From the human T2T-CHM13v2.0 reference genome, Homo sapiens, in assembly GCF_009914755.1 (NCBI RefSeq), contig NC_060942.1: a stretch of 64,000 nt of DNA. One strand, written 5' to 3'. The notes beneath the pieces are model-generated. The model saw only the letters and a list, made by a program, of their open reading frames with translations. It ran no database searches and was not told where the DNA came from. Every line of letters starts with the position of its first letter. The first letter of the stretch is position 1. Positions 39,061 to 52,612 of this stretch are shown here, piece after piece. The translations under genes were made by a program, and so were the position numbers.

Positions 39061-41959
39061 CGCTCAGAATTGGGTGTGTCCTCCACGGTTCAGCTGTGCG
39101 TGGAGCGGCCCCCACCTGCCTCACAGGGCATTTGTGAAGCTCTTTGCAGCATGCGGCTCTAAAGGCCGCCTGAGTGCCATGTGTTGTGTGGAGCACCTTC
39201 ATGTTACACTTGAGCATGTAAAAACACAGATGTCCTAAACTTACTGTTTTTGTGCTTCCAGGCCCTCTTTCTGCCTGGCTGTCATTCATTGAGCAATGAT
39301 ATAGGTGAATGGACTTGGGAAAGATAAGACTCTGGCTGTCCTAAAAACAAACCCCCAGTTCCTCTGAGCAGAGGGAAGCAGGGACCCTTCCGGGCTGGGT
39401 CCGCCGGCCTCTGTCCCAGGTGCCGTCATAGTGGTGGAGATTTCACCTGAGGTTTCTTGTGGTTTTGACTGACTTGGAATGCATCCTTTCTGGGTGTCAC
39501 CGTACACATCCTAAAGAGGTTGCTGGCTTGAGATTCTGCCTCTTCCCGGCCCATGGTACCACCCTTGGATGCTGCAGAGGTTTTGCACAATTAATTTTCT
39601 TAGGCTTTTTAAATTATTTTAATGTTAGAGAAAAACATTTAACCTCAAATAACTAGGTAAGTGAATCAAATTCCTATAGAATTTATAGCGAGTCTTTCTG
39701 GTGAAAGGAGAATCAGATCTAATTGTTAAATAAATTAAGGTTATTTCGCTCATAAAGGAGGAGGAGGGCAGTTAGTAGTCTTTGTCTGAAAGTGCTATTT
39801 TGTGGATGTTGGTGACCAGGTTTTCTTAGCCACTAATGAGACTGAAAAAGAATCACTTAAATGGAATAGTTGGAGCTGTTTCCCCTGTGGGCTCCGAGTG
39901 AAGGATGTAGGCTTGCTGGGGGTGTGACTGGGCTGCTGTGTTCAGGAGCAGCTCCCGGCGTGCCCTTCCCACCCCACAGACCTTCCGCGCATTCCTCATC
40001 CCTCTCCTCTGCAAGGTTGCACCTGTGGCTGACCCACGGATGCCCTCAGCCCCCGCCTTCCAGAGCTGCCCAGAGAATGCTCGCTTTAGGAGATATTGAG
40101 AGCTGTTCCTCCATAAAAGGAGTGGGGGTGAATTAATGGCCAAAGCTTGGAAGAAGAAACTTAAATCAGTTTCTTTACTACAGAACTTTTCAGTCTTTAA
40201 TATGGGGCTGTGCAGTATGAAGGTCCCAGGTGGGCAGGCAGCGGGCAGTGTTTTCCAAATGACAAGACCTGGAAGGCATTTTAGAGAGAACAGCAGGCAG
40301 GGACAGCTTCTCATAGCACGCACTCTGGAGAAGCCACAAATGTTTTGGGGGTCGCCTCCTGCCATCTGCAGCTCCCGTGTGCCTGTCCCACCTGCGCCAA
40401 TGCAGTGGTCCCCGGCGGGCTGCTTCTGTTGAGCAAATATTGACGGAGCTCTTGCCAGGTGTATGTCAAGTGCTGCAGAGAAACAGTGTCATGAGACCGT
40501 CTCCCTGCCTCCGTTCTCTCCTCTCTCTAGTTCTGCCGATGCTCTTTAGAGTGAGGTTTTAGTGATAAGTTTCCCTTGCCCCAAAACTTTCCAGGGCTGC
40601 TTCTTGCTTCATAACAGGAGTCCAGGCACCTCTTCCTGGAGTTCAAGGCCCCCAGAGTTGCCTTCCTTCATTCTTGTGTTGTGACCAAAGTTCCTGACAC
40701 AGTGACTGTGAGCCCACCCATCAATCATTTGTGCAGTTTTTAATGGGATGCTGTTGCTGATGCTTTCTCATTTCCTGCAGAGTCTCTCTTTCCACCACCT
40801 TCCTCTCCATCTTCAGGATCTGTCTTAGGTCCATGTAATCTTTTGTGATGTGTACAGGAGAAGCCTAGACAGTCTGCCTACTTGCAATTTAGTAGGTGTA
40901 GAAATGATTGATAGTGGCTTTTTGTAAAAATATCAAATGCTTTTTCTGCAGGGAAGTTAAGTTTGCTGAGAGAGCCATTTGCACATTCTGTGGTATGTGT
41001 ACTTGGTTTTTCCTTCATGCTGTTAGCCTCGAATCTAGTCCTCAGTTATAAACCTAACCTTAATTAATAACGTTTCTGTGTGTAAATAACATATAATTTA
41101 TGTTGTTATTCCCATAAGCACCAAACTCTTCTCCATTTTCTTCCTGGTAAACCATTCTATACTGTTTCAAGATAATCAAATGTGATTATCTTTTTTTTAG
41201 AGGCATCGTGGTAGTCTCATGTCGAGATGTGTACTTACCCTTTTAAATAAGGATGAGAAATAATTTCAGTATTGCCTGAAATTATATTTATTTTAAGGTT
41301 ACTTGAGTGTGTACAACATAAAGATAGTTATAAATATCTTTTTATAGCTGTTAAATAGCTAAAATATCCAAAGCAATTAAATATAAAAATTATAAAGTCA
41401 GAAACATTCCAATTAATATTTAATGTGACAGATGAGTTTGTTTGCTGAAAGCTTTCATTTTCCAGCTCTTTTTATTTATGCTCAGAGCATCCTGCAGGGA
41501 GACTTCGTGATGGTGACTGCTCATTGCTGGGTGTTAGGGCTGATAGCACAGCCAAGACCAGTTTGAATGCTGGCTCTACTGTCAGTAAGTATGAGCATTG
41601 TTTGAGATGAATCCTCTGCCACTGAGTATCCAGGATCAAAGCAACTTGCATGTCTCATTAGGTTCTTTGGAAAATGGGGGCTTTTGTTCATTGTACATCT
41701 GAAACTTGGATGTTGTAGTTATCCCTGAAATGGAGCCACTTAGCTCTGGAGAAATCAAACATGTGCAGAAAGCAGGTGACTGCTTCCATACGTGGCCTCT
41801 TGTAGTTTCTTGGGTCCTAGCCTCTTCCTCTGTTAGTGTATGGATGTCTCTGGAGTCCTTAATACTGGATTCTCCTGTGCTCTCTGTTGGCAGATGAGCT
41901 CAGAGGCTGGGGAAGGCATTGCTTCCAGGAGGAGCAGCCTGCCCCGGTCACGCCCCAGT

Positions 41960-42130
41960 TCCTGCTCTGTGACACTGATAGATCAGCTGACCTCTCTGAA
42001 GTGCACTCTTTACCACACTGAGGTAGAGATAATGGCCAGTGAGTAGGTTCTGTATAAAGATTAAGTGAAATAACATTTGTAAAGTACCAAAACACAGTCT
42101 GGCTTATAGTGGTGCTCGATAAATGTTCTT
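41960..42130 (+). mobile_element. MIR fragment
   Basis: ctgacctctctgaagtgcactc...aagattaagtgaaataacatttgtaaagtacc...ctcgataaatgtt. Confidence 0.6.
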
Positions 42131-42317
42131 CCCCGTCTTCTTTCATAGTCTTCTTGAAGTTGACTATACAGAAAGGCCTCATAAAAATCAGGGGTTCATT
42201 TAATAAATATTTAATAGTTGTCATGCCATACTTCTGTCCCAGGAGTGTACAGTCTGAGTGTCATCACGATCTGCACAGTTAGCTGCCATAGCTCTGATGA
42301 CATCACATGCAGGTGTG

Positions 42318-42646
42318 GAGGTGGGGGCTGGCGTGGGGGTGGGGGCTGGCAGGGTGGGAGCTGTTGTGGGGGTGGGAGCTGTTGGGGTTGGAGCTGTTGG
42401 GGGGCGGGAGTTGTTGTGGGGGCAGGAGCTGGCGTGGGAGCGGGAGCTGGCGTGGGGGCGGGAGTTGGCGTGGGGGCGGGAGTTGGCGTGGGGGCGGGAG
42501 TTGGCGTTGGGTGGGGAGCTGGCGTGGGGGCAGGAGCTGGCGTGGGGGCGGGAGTTGGCGTTGGGTGGGGAGCTGGCGTGGGGGCGGGAGCTGGCGTGGG
42601 GGCGGAAGTTGGCGTGGGGTGGGGAGCTGGCGTGGGGGTGGGGGCA
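42318..42646. repeat. G-rich minisatellite, 18-bp unit GGGAGCTGGCGTGGGGGC
   Basis: More than a dozen variant copies; strongly G-skewed on the + (sense) strand. Confidence 0.95.
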
Positions 42647-43197
42647 TGGGCTGCAGAGGTTGAGGATTTTAGCTTAGCTCCCGGGGCCCTCTGCTCGTGG
42701 GAATCAATCTCCAGCACAAGACATCCCCTCTGGTTCCTTATATCCGGTTTGATAGGGCTTTTAGCTGAACTTCAGCCCTGCCACCTGCCTGTGCTGGGCT
42801 GATAATCGCCTCTCTTCCAGAGTCTCATGGAGTCGTCACAGGCCAAGGGTCTTCAAACTTGGCTAGAAGTCAAGTCCCGGGTCTCTGTGTTTTTTCAGGA
42901 TACTATGTTTAAATGGGGGAACCCAGAAATGGGATGCAAAAATAAACAAGTGTAACGTCTGGGTAGTGGTTTATGGTTCCGTTAAAATTTTTTAACCAAT
43001 AATAGTCCGTATGGGAGTATGGACTCTTTTTCCTCTCAATTTATGTTGGCATTTGTAGAATACTCCAGGGTGGTGTGAGAAAGACATCTCCTGGTTCAAG
43101 ATTTCCTAGGGGCAAAAAAAGAATACAAAATAATAACGTGGTGCCCTAGCTGGGCGTGTAATTCTGTGCTCTGTTAGCACAATCAGCCTTGCTGTCC

Positions 43198-43761
<564 letters not shown>

Positions 43762-43997
43762 CAGCTGTAGAGATTGTACAGAAGAAAATACATTAATAAA
43801 TGTTTCTAGATGCCATATTGTATTTTAAAGAATTCCTTTAAAGAAGCTATATTCCAGTTGCCAAGTAGACAACAGGCCTCCAGACTCCCTAAGGAGATGG
43901 GGGTGTGCCCATTTCACACGAGGGTTCTGTCCTAGGCTTGCTGGGTCCGCCAACCCTGAGGGAGAGACCAGCCACAGCTGCTGTTGGGTTTGCCTGA

Positions 43998-44279
<282 letters not shown>

Positions 44280-44282
44280 GAC

Positions 44283-44434
44283 TTTTGTTTTTAATTTTTA
44301 AAAACTTTAATGCCCTTTTGCAGCAATAGGGTCTTACTATGTTTTCCAGGCTGATCTTGTATTCCTGACCTCAAGTTATCCTCCTGCTGTGGCCTCCCAA
44401 AGCACTGGGATTGCAGGCATGAGCCACTGTTCCC
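44283..44434 (-). mobile_element. FLAM-type Alu monomer
   Basis: Left arm only; tgggtttg(c/t)ctgactt flanks the FLAM+AluY composite. Confidence 0.75.
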
Positions 44435-45828
44435 TGCTGGGTTTGTCTGACTTCTTAGGAAAATCATCCTGAGATCAGTGTTTCTGAATCCTACCACCTG
44501 TCTCTTGTTATCTTGTCTGTAGAGCCCTAGAGCAGCAGGACCCATGTCCTTGGCACTCACTGAAAAAGCCATGGGACCCAGCAGGCCCTGCCCCAGGACG
44601 ACAAAGCACGGTGCTACCACGGCGCAGCACTCCTCGTACTGGGAGTTGGGGAGAAAACCAGGCTGGTCTATCATCTACACTCATTTTTTTCTTTTGTGAT
44701 AAAATTGCAGAAAATTCAGGGTGTTTTCCCTGCCCTTTTGGAGGGATGCTATCTTGATCTCAGCGCACGCTGTTTCACAGAGCTGACATAAGGAGTGAAG
44801 ATTAATTGTCTGCCACGGCAGGTGCTTTCGCATATGTGGCCGTGTGTGCTCCCTGAGACAGCCCCAGGAGGTGTGGGCGTGATCCGAGTTTGTGGCTCAG
44901 GATCTGCACAGGCCCGAGAGACCCTCCTTGAGGACGCAGTGGCCAGTGGGGGCCACCATGTCAGGGTTGAAAGTGGGGCTGTCTCAGATCCTCCCACTGT
45001 GGCGTTTCCTTCAGAACCGAGTTGGGGCAGGAGGGGACGGAGGGAGAGAGGCAGGAGGCTGAAGCGCCGAACCCAACGCAAATACTAAGCATTTGATGGG
45101 GTTGTCTGTGTTCTAAGTTGGAAAATACAAACTTTTCCATGTGTACCTTAGATAACCTCACTGGCGTTTGTCATTCTGCTTTTGGAATGCTTAGGCGTGA
45201 AAGCAGCACAGCGTCACGGTGGTGATGCTTGCGTAGCAGTGTGAGAGTGCAAACCTGAAAATGGGAAAAAATGGGGCATTTTATGTTACGTACATTTTAC
45301 CACAGTGAACATAAACAGTTTTGAAAAAAAAGAAAATTGCTGAAATACCATTGAGCTTATCAGAAGAGCTCAGATTTGAGTGTGGGTCTTGATGGGAAGT
45401 AGGAGAGCAGAAAGATGGGTGGGAAAGTGGGAATGACTGTGGGTGGGTAACGAGGGTCTCAGTTTTGGCTTAAGGACAGGTTTCGAAGGAGATGGGCGGC
45501 CCCTCCCTCTAACAACTTGATATGTAGTGATCAATGCTCTGTTGATGTGGGTTTGGCGCTCACAGAGAGGATAGGCAGTGTGCTGGTGGGCTGCTGGTGT
45601 CCTCACAGCCTCTGACCACCAGCCTGGACGTGGGGATACGTCTCTGCAGAACCAGGCCCTGCCAGTGACCAGCCCACCCTCCCCGGGGGCACTATAGCAA
45701 CCGTGTGTTGTTGCCTGGGACTCACTTCCCTACGGGGCATTGGTTCCAGTATTGTGTCCACTCTCATGGAGTATGCTCGTGCGCAGAGATGCAGCCACCC
45801 AGATCTTCATCTTTGTAATGATGATCGG

Positions 45829-46099
45829 GGCTGGGAGCAGTGGCTCACACCTATAACCCCAGCACTTTGGGCGGCCGAGGTAGGAGGATTGCTTGAGCCC
45901 AGGAGTTCCTGTCCAGTCTGGGCAACATAGCAAGATGCCACCAGATGTGGTGGTGTGTGCCTATAGTCCTGGCTACTCAGGAGGCTTGAGCCTTGGAGTT
46001 TGAGGCTGCAGTGAGCTGTGGTCACACCATTGCACTCCAGCCTGGGTGACAGAGTGAGACCTTGTCTCAAAAAAAAGAGAAAAAAAAGAAAAAAAAAGA
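45829..46099 (+). mobile_element. AluJ-type SINE with internal deletions
   Basis: ggctgggagcagtggctcacacctataacccc...gacagagtgagaccttgtctc plus an A tail. Confidence 0.85.
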
Positions 46100-46124
46100 C
46101 GCTGTATGTATTTTGCCCTAAACA

Positions 46125-46380
46125 GAGTGGACAGTGATGTGTTTATACACATGTGCATGTTCCTGGGCTCAAATCCTGGCTGTACCACACCACCCTGTGT
46201 GGCATATGGTGAGCAACCTAACCTCTCTGTGCCTCAACTTCCTTATCTATAATGTGAAAATGACAATAACAATAGGTACTTTAGAGGTTTGTTGGGGAAA
46301 ATACATCCATTTATGCAGATAAAGCACTTGCAACGAAGCCAGACACATGTGTAAACATGCAATAAATAGTTATTGTTATT
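46125..46380 (+). mobile_element. MIR
   Basis: ctgggctcaaatcctggctg...aacctctctgtgcctcaacttccttatctataatgtg. Confidence 0.75.
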
Positions 46381-47689
46381 TCAGGCACACTGCTGCTACT
46401 CAAACATGACTTTATGGCAACAGGCAGTTGTTAGCCATCGACTCACTTTATTGACCAAACTTGGCCCCCAAATATTTGCTAACTCTGAGACCCCAGCTCG
46501 CTATCTGCAGAGCCACATGGGCGTCCCATTTGCCAGTGGCATCTGAGGACATCCTTAGAAGAACAGCTCCTAAGGGTTTCCAGGGATGGCAGCATTATCG
46601 GAATTCCTGCTGTAAACTCACGTGAACATATGCTCTTCTATTAATAGTTCATTTTTAAACAACAACAAAACAAGCCTCGGATTCTTGAAGATGCCTTGGT
46701 AAGTTGATCTTATGTCCCTGCATGATGAATTGTTCTGAATGTATTCCGTGAAGATCGATTTCCCCACAGGAAGACCCTTTATTACCTATTTGTCATTTAG
46801 ATGCAATTATTTTGCTGCATTTTATAACAAAGTGGAAATAGAATTTAAACAAACATGTCGCTGAGCAGTTTAGACTCCATATCTTTATCGTTACTCTTCC
46901 CTGTTGTTTGTCTGATGCAAACATTTCTGGGCCTGGAGAGCCAGTCGGCGTTAGCGGTTATTGACTTTCATTGAATTTTACGCTGGGCACTGGGCTAGGT
47001 GCTTGGAAATGACAAAACTGGAAAATATTTCGTGGAATAAAATGCTACATAATTTGCTTGGATGGCAGGCTTCTTTGGGGCAGCTCATCCATGTCACATA
47101 CACTTGCACAGTTAGTTTATTCTTTAGCGTGGGGTAAAAGAGAGGGAATCATGCAAGGTGGGACGATTTCATTTCTGCATATAAAAAAGTGCCACGGGGT
47201 CTTTGATCCACCTCCTTGTGTCTTTTTAAGATCCTGGAGGCCTAAAGGGATTTCTGTTTCTGGCAGGAATTTGGGCTTGGGTCAGAGTCCAGGGGTGAGG
47301 GTAGGCCCACCTGTCATGGCACTGGGACTGGGCTGCTGGGTGTGGGGCCCAGACCTGCGGGCTCCAGACGGAGCCTTCTCTTTGTGCAGTCCGTGCACAC
47401 ATGAGCAGCCCTGACTCTTAGAAACGTGGTGATGGGGAGGAGACGGTGAAAAGAGTGTTTATGATTGGAGCTCAGGACTGGAGAGGAACCGGGGCAGTGA
47501 TGAGCCCAGCTATGTTCACACTCGTATCTGTCATATCACAAGTGAGCCCATAAGAGGGAGCAAAGCCTTCTCTCGCACATTCTTTCAAAATGCTTTGACC
47601 AGAAGAAGCCTTGCTGTTGGTGTAGGGATGACGGAGGAAAGGACGTGGTTCACTTACGGGCCATGAGGTGAGCCGCGGAGGCCCACTCC

Positions 47690-48070
47690 TAGATTTATTG
47701 ACTTCACATGTGTTCCTGGAGCACTTGCTGTATACCAGACACTGTAGTAGGCACTGGGGACACAGGGCTGAGTAAGGTGGAGGCAGACCCCATGTTCATG
47801 GAATTCACACATGTCTGGGGAGACAGAATAGAGTAATCAAATGTATCCTGCCATTTCAGACAGCATTCAGGTCCCGTAGAAAATCAAGTATGGGAAGGAG
47901 ATGGGCAAGAGATGGGGGGAATGGCCGTTGCTGATAGGAGGGCAAGGTGAGGCCTCGCTAAGGACAAGGGAGGGCAAGGGCACATAGAGAGCAGGGAGTG
48001 TGGGCTCAGGAAAGAGCAGCCAGGGCAGAGGACTCGGGCTGGAACAGAGTTGGTGTTTGGGGAACAGTGT
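47690..48070. mobile_element. L2 LINE remnant
   Basis: gagcacttgctgtataccagacactgtagtaggcactggggacacag...ggaattcacac. Confidence 0.6.
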
Positions 48071-48718
48071 GTCAGTTGTCCAGAGGCCACATGCCCAGGA
48101 GCAGACAGGCAGGTGGGCAGTCACTGTAATTTCATTCATTTCCAAAGGAAGGGAGAAGCTGGGTAAGACTGTCAGTTTTGGCTAGGAATGTTTGCTATAT
48201 ATTTAATACATTTATATTGTCTTTTTCTAAATCATCGCTTTGAAAAAAAAAAAAAAAACTGTCCCTTTCTCCAACACTGAGTTTCACCACAGTAGAAGGG
48301 CTTTATATTTAGGGTTACTGCACTTTATGTATTTCCTGGCTCCTTGTAAGTGCATTGCTCAGATGTGTTGGTGTGAGCGTGAGAGGAGCAGGTTGGGGGT
48401 TGGGCGGACTCTCCTGTGCGTCCCCGAGGCCCTGGGAAGGAAGTCACCCACCCCGTAGTGGAGAGGATGCCCCGTGCTCAGGTCTGGACAGCCTGGGCCT
48501 GTCTTCAGGAGAGTCTGGTGCAGGAAGCAAATGATGATGTTTTGCTTGGTCTTTGTCCCCCAGATGCAGGCTGCAGCCATTTGGGGTCAGACACGTGGAG
48601 AATGGGGTCTGCTCCCAGCCTGGGTTCACTTCTAAGCTGGACCCGCCTTGGGGACTCTGAGGCTTTTTCCTTCTGTGTGGTTTCAGCCCCCCTCTGGCAG
48701 GTGACCAGTGCCACCAGG

Positions 48719-48817
48719 CCCTGCTGGAAGTTATCCTCATGCTTCCCTGAGGTTTGTGGACTGACTTCCCTGCTGGAAGTTACTCTCACGCTTCCCTGAG
48801 GTTTGTGGACTGACTTC
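48719..48817. repeat. 49-bp tandem duplication
   Basis: ccctgctggaagtta...gcttccctgaggtttgtggactgactt starting at 48719 and 48768. Confidence 0.9.
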
Positions 48818-51387
48818 ACAGTTTCCAACGGTGGTTCCTCCTTATCCGGGACGATGGCAGGATGAAACAGCGCAGAGAATCAGTGGTGGCGCTTTGCCAA
48901 ATCGCTCTTTCATCTGCCATACTTTGTCTCTTCTCACCTAAAATGAGAACATCTGATGCACTTTTCATGATATTTCAGCATTAAATACCGTCTTTTAAAA
49001 AGATAGGAACCAACAACGTGCTTTTCCCTTCTTTTCCAACAGATCCTTCAGGCTGTGGGCCCCGTTCCTTTTTGTTTGTGCCCCTGGGTGAGTCCTGGTT
49101 TCTGTGCAGGTGTCAGCACAGCCCCTTGCCCTTTCTTCACAACCACAGCTGCTATTTGGTTATAGGACCCTGCTACCCTGACCCGAACTCACACTTCTCT
49201 TATAAACGTCCCATTTTCAGAAACTCACTTCTAGCGTTAATGGTTCCCCAGTAGCTCAATCTTGAATTACAGGATTGTTGTCTCCAATAACTTGAACAAT
49301 TTTTATAATCTAGATTACCAAAACATGTTTTGGCACCTGCAGGGCTCTTCTTTTAATTAAAAAGAGACTTACGAAAAATTAAAGATCTCTTCGTTTTTAA
49401 GTGAAAAACATTACATCTTTTGGGATGCTGAATCTGGGTATGTTTTGTGACCAAGAGTCCTAAGAGTTCTCATTTCTAAAGTCTTTCTAACACGTTGCAT
49501 TTGTTTCCGTAGCTCCTAGGTCAGTGCTGCTTCTATAGACAGCAATTAGTAAACATATGTTGAATGAATGAAATGGTATTTGTGATGATTTGGGGACTCT
49601 TCCATCATTCAAATTCCAAATTGCGAAAACCAAAGAAAGTTGAATGGATAAATGTCAACCAGGAAGGAAATCTAACAGTTTTGTCTCGAGATTTTATCAG
49701 GAACATGGGTAAAGGTGATGAAAAACATGCTTATCACATTTGCGAATGACAGGAGATTGGAAGGGGTTGCTCTCCCACTGGCCTTCACAATCAAAACTTA
49801 GAAACAACAATATTAAAACATTAAGCCAGTCTCCAAATGATATGTGGTTAAATGATAATAGCACATTCTTATGCTGAAATAGTATGTAGCTATTAAAATG
49901 ATATTGAAAAACAGTATTTGCTGTCCTGGAGAAAGGCTTACGATACATTTTTAAGTGGAAAAAAGTACATCCTAAAACAACATGAAGAGGATGATTCTGT
50001 TTTTTAAAATGAAGAATAAAGACTTAATAGACGGATGCATGCCAGAATGCTAACAGGGACCACCCCTGAGTAGGAGCATGAGGCAATTTTTACTTTCTTA
50101 CCCTTGTTCATTTATAAAGTTTCTTTTTTAAAGTAAGAATGGAAGTGTTTTATCAAAAATGAGTTAATAATAACTGTTCTTTTGTGGTGAATAAAATAAA
50201 ACATGGGGACTGGAGTCTCTCTTCTGTGGTGAAAAATATATCGGCCTGGTGCAGTGTCATAGACTGACACTAGGACCCATGATCACTTCATGGCGTTATT
50301 ATCAGGAAAGAGTCCATCTGAGAACAGATAGCAAAACTCTCTTTGCTTTCAGAATAAATGGCAGTGAGTGTATGTTGGCAGTTCCTGCATTGTGAAACCC
50401 ACAACGCTGTGTGACCTTGGGTGAGTTACTTCACCTCTCTTGGCCTCAGTTTCTCTGTGAAATCAGGAATTAACATGGTCTCTGAGACCCCCTTCTGATG
50501 GTGAATGTGTGGTTTGGTGATTTTGTGGCCCTGCATCATGACCTTATTTAGTTCTCTTTCAACAGGGGATGTTTTACTGCCTTGTAAAATCCTCGTGGGA
50601 CTGCGTGTCTTTATAGGAGCCAGGGTGTAAATGAACAGAATTCAGATTGGTTCTAATATATTTTACCTCTAAAAGAAAGGGCATGGGGAGGCCATGACCT
50701 TAAAGCAGGTTTTTTCTGTTGTCTGTGAAGCCTGTGATGATTGAGAGTGGCTGGGACTGGCGGGACGATGTTTGGGTGGAAGAGGGAGGCCATCTGGATG
50801 CGCCCTGTCCCGGGGAGGCACCCAGCCTGTAAGGAGGTGATGTCTATCTACACTGAGCGCAAGGACCCTGAACCGGGGGAGGCTGAGGCGGGGCCTCTTG
50901 ATTCCCACCCTGTCCCCCAGTGGCTAGGCTAGTGTGGCCCGGGAAATGACTTCCATCTCTCCCTCCAGGCATATTTAATAAGAGGCCAGTATTTTCAGAT
51001 TCTGCCGCTTCTGGACGAATGTCTCAGAGAGCTGGGAGGCGCCCTGGAGGATGGAACCCTTCCTTGAGCGTTGTTGAGGTGTGTCGGGGGTGCCGTGGCA
51101 CAGGCCCCTTCCCCTGGGGGGCATCACTGTTCCCTTGCTCTGCATCCCCGCTGTTTCCCCTGCCCCTGAACAGGCGTGGAGATGTGCACGGGACACTCGG
51201 AGGCCGGATGCTCAACAGAGTGGAGTGCCGCGACGGTGTGGCCGCAGCCTGGCTGTGCCTTCACGACGCAGCTGCAATCAGAGGAGCTGTGGGACGCTGT
51301 CCCACGTGGACACAGCCCACTCACTGGGTGCTGCTCCTGTGCTGGGCGCTGCACTTTTATTGTCGTTAAAAATTTATATTAAGATGC

Positions 51388-51689
<302 letters not shown>

Positions 51690-52029
51690 TTAAGATGCTT
51701 AAAAAGTAACTGTACAAATTCAGGCCCTGTTTTAATATGCGTTTCAGCTGTCGGTGGTGTTTCAGAAATGCATGCAAAAGAATTGAAATCGCAAATCTCT
51801 GTAGGTCGTATGAAGAAGGAAAGAAAAAAGCAGTGTGAGCGAAACCCAATGAAGAGGTCGTAAAAGTAGGTGTGACCTCTGTGAACCCTGAAGCAGTGGG
51901 AACCCCTGGGAAGGTCACGGATCCCCTAAGGGAAGCTGCACGTTTGCTATTTTGATAAACAGAAGGTAGTAATGATGAACAAATACAAAATTATTATTAT
52001 AATATTATGTATAATATTAATATTATTAG

Positions 52030-52240
52030 TTAGCATTTAATTATATACCATGGGTCAGGTGCTGTGCTGAGTACTTCATATATAGCATCTCTTTAGTCTC
52101 CACAGTGACTTCAAGAAGTAGGTATTGAACCTGTTTTATACCCAAAAGACTGAGGCTTAGAGAGACAATACATCTTGTTGGTGGCAGAGTTGGACTTTCT
52201 ACCCAGGTTATCTGACACTGAACCCAGGCCCTTAACCTAG
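52030..52240 (-). mobile_element. MIR fragment
   Basis: gtaggtattgaacctgttttataccc...actgaggcttagagag. Confidence 0.55.
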
Positions 52241-52289
52241 TATGTGTGATCTTAAAATGGAGAATGTAAACTACAAGTTCGTTGCCACC

Positions 52290-52612
52290 ATTTTTTTATT
52301 TTGTTTTGTTTTGAGGCGGGGTCTCACTCTGTCATCCATTTTGGAGAGCAGTGATGCAATCATAGCTCACTGCGGCCTTGACCTTCTGAGCTCAGGCCAT
52401 CCTCCTGTCCTCCTGCTTCAGCCTCCCGAGTTGCTGGGACCACAGGCACAAGCCACCATGCCTGGCTAATTAAATTTTTTTTTTTTTTTTTTGGAGAGAC
52501 AGTCTCGCTGTATTGCCCAAGTTGTTCTTGAACTCCTAGCCTTAAGCAGTCCACCCGCCTCAGCCTCCTAAAGTGCTGAGATTACTGCAGGCATGAGCCA
52601 CCGTGCCGAGCC
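52290..52612 (-). mobile_element. AluJ-type SINE
   Basis: Diverged full dimer in antisense. Confidence 0.85.

Noticed and set aside
39262-39304. Possible 43-nt poison exon (ttccag|GCC...TAG|gtgaat) with an in-frame TGA
   Set aside because: The donor is weak and the branch point unconvincing; such pseudo-exons are expected by chance in long introns.
42211-42802. Pro/Thr/Ala-rich and Gly-rich ORFs in several frames
   Set aside because: These are translations of the 18-bp G-rich minisatellite. Being open in most frames on both strands marks them as repeat artefacts.
51019-51369. 116-aa ATG-initiated ORF in a mildly CpG-rich patch
   Set aside because: It has no recognisable homology, splice structure or promoter evidence, and its length is within chance expectation for GC-rich DNA.
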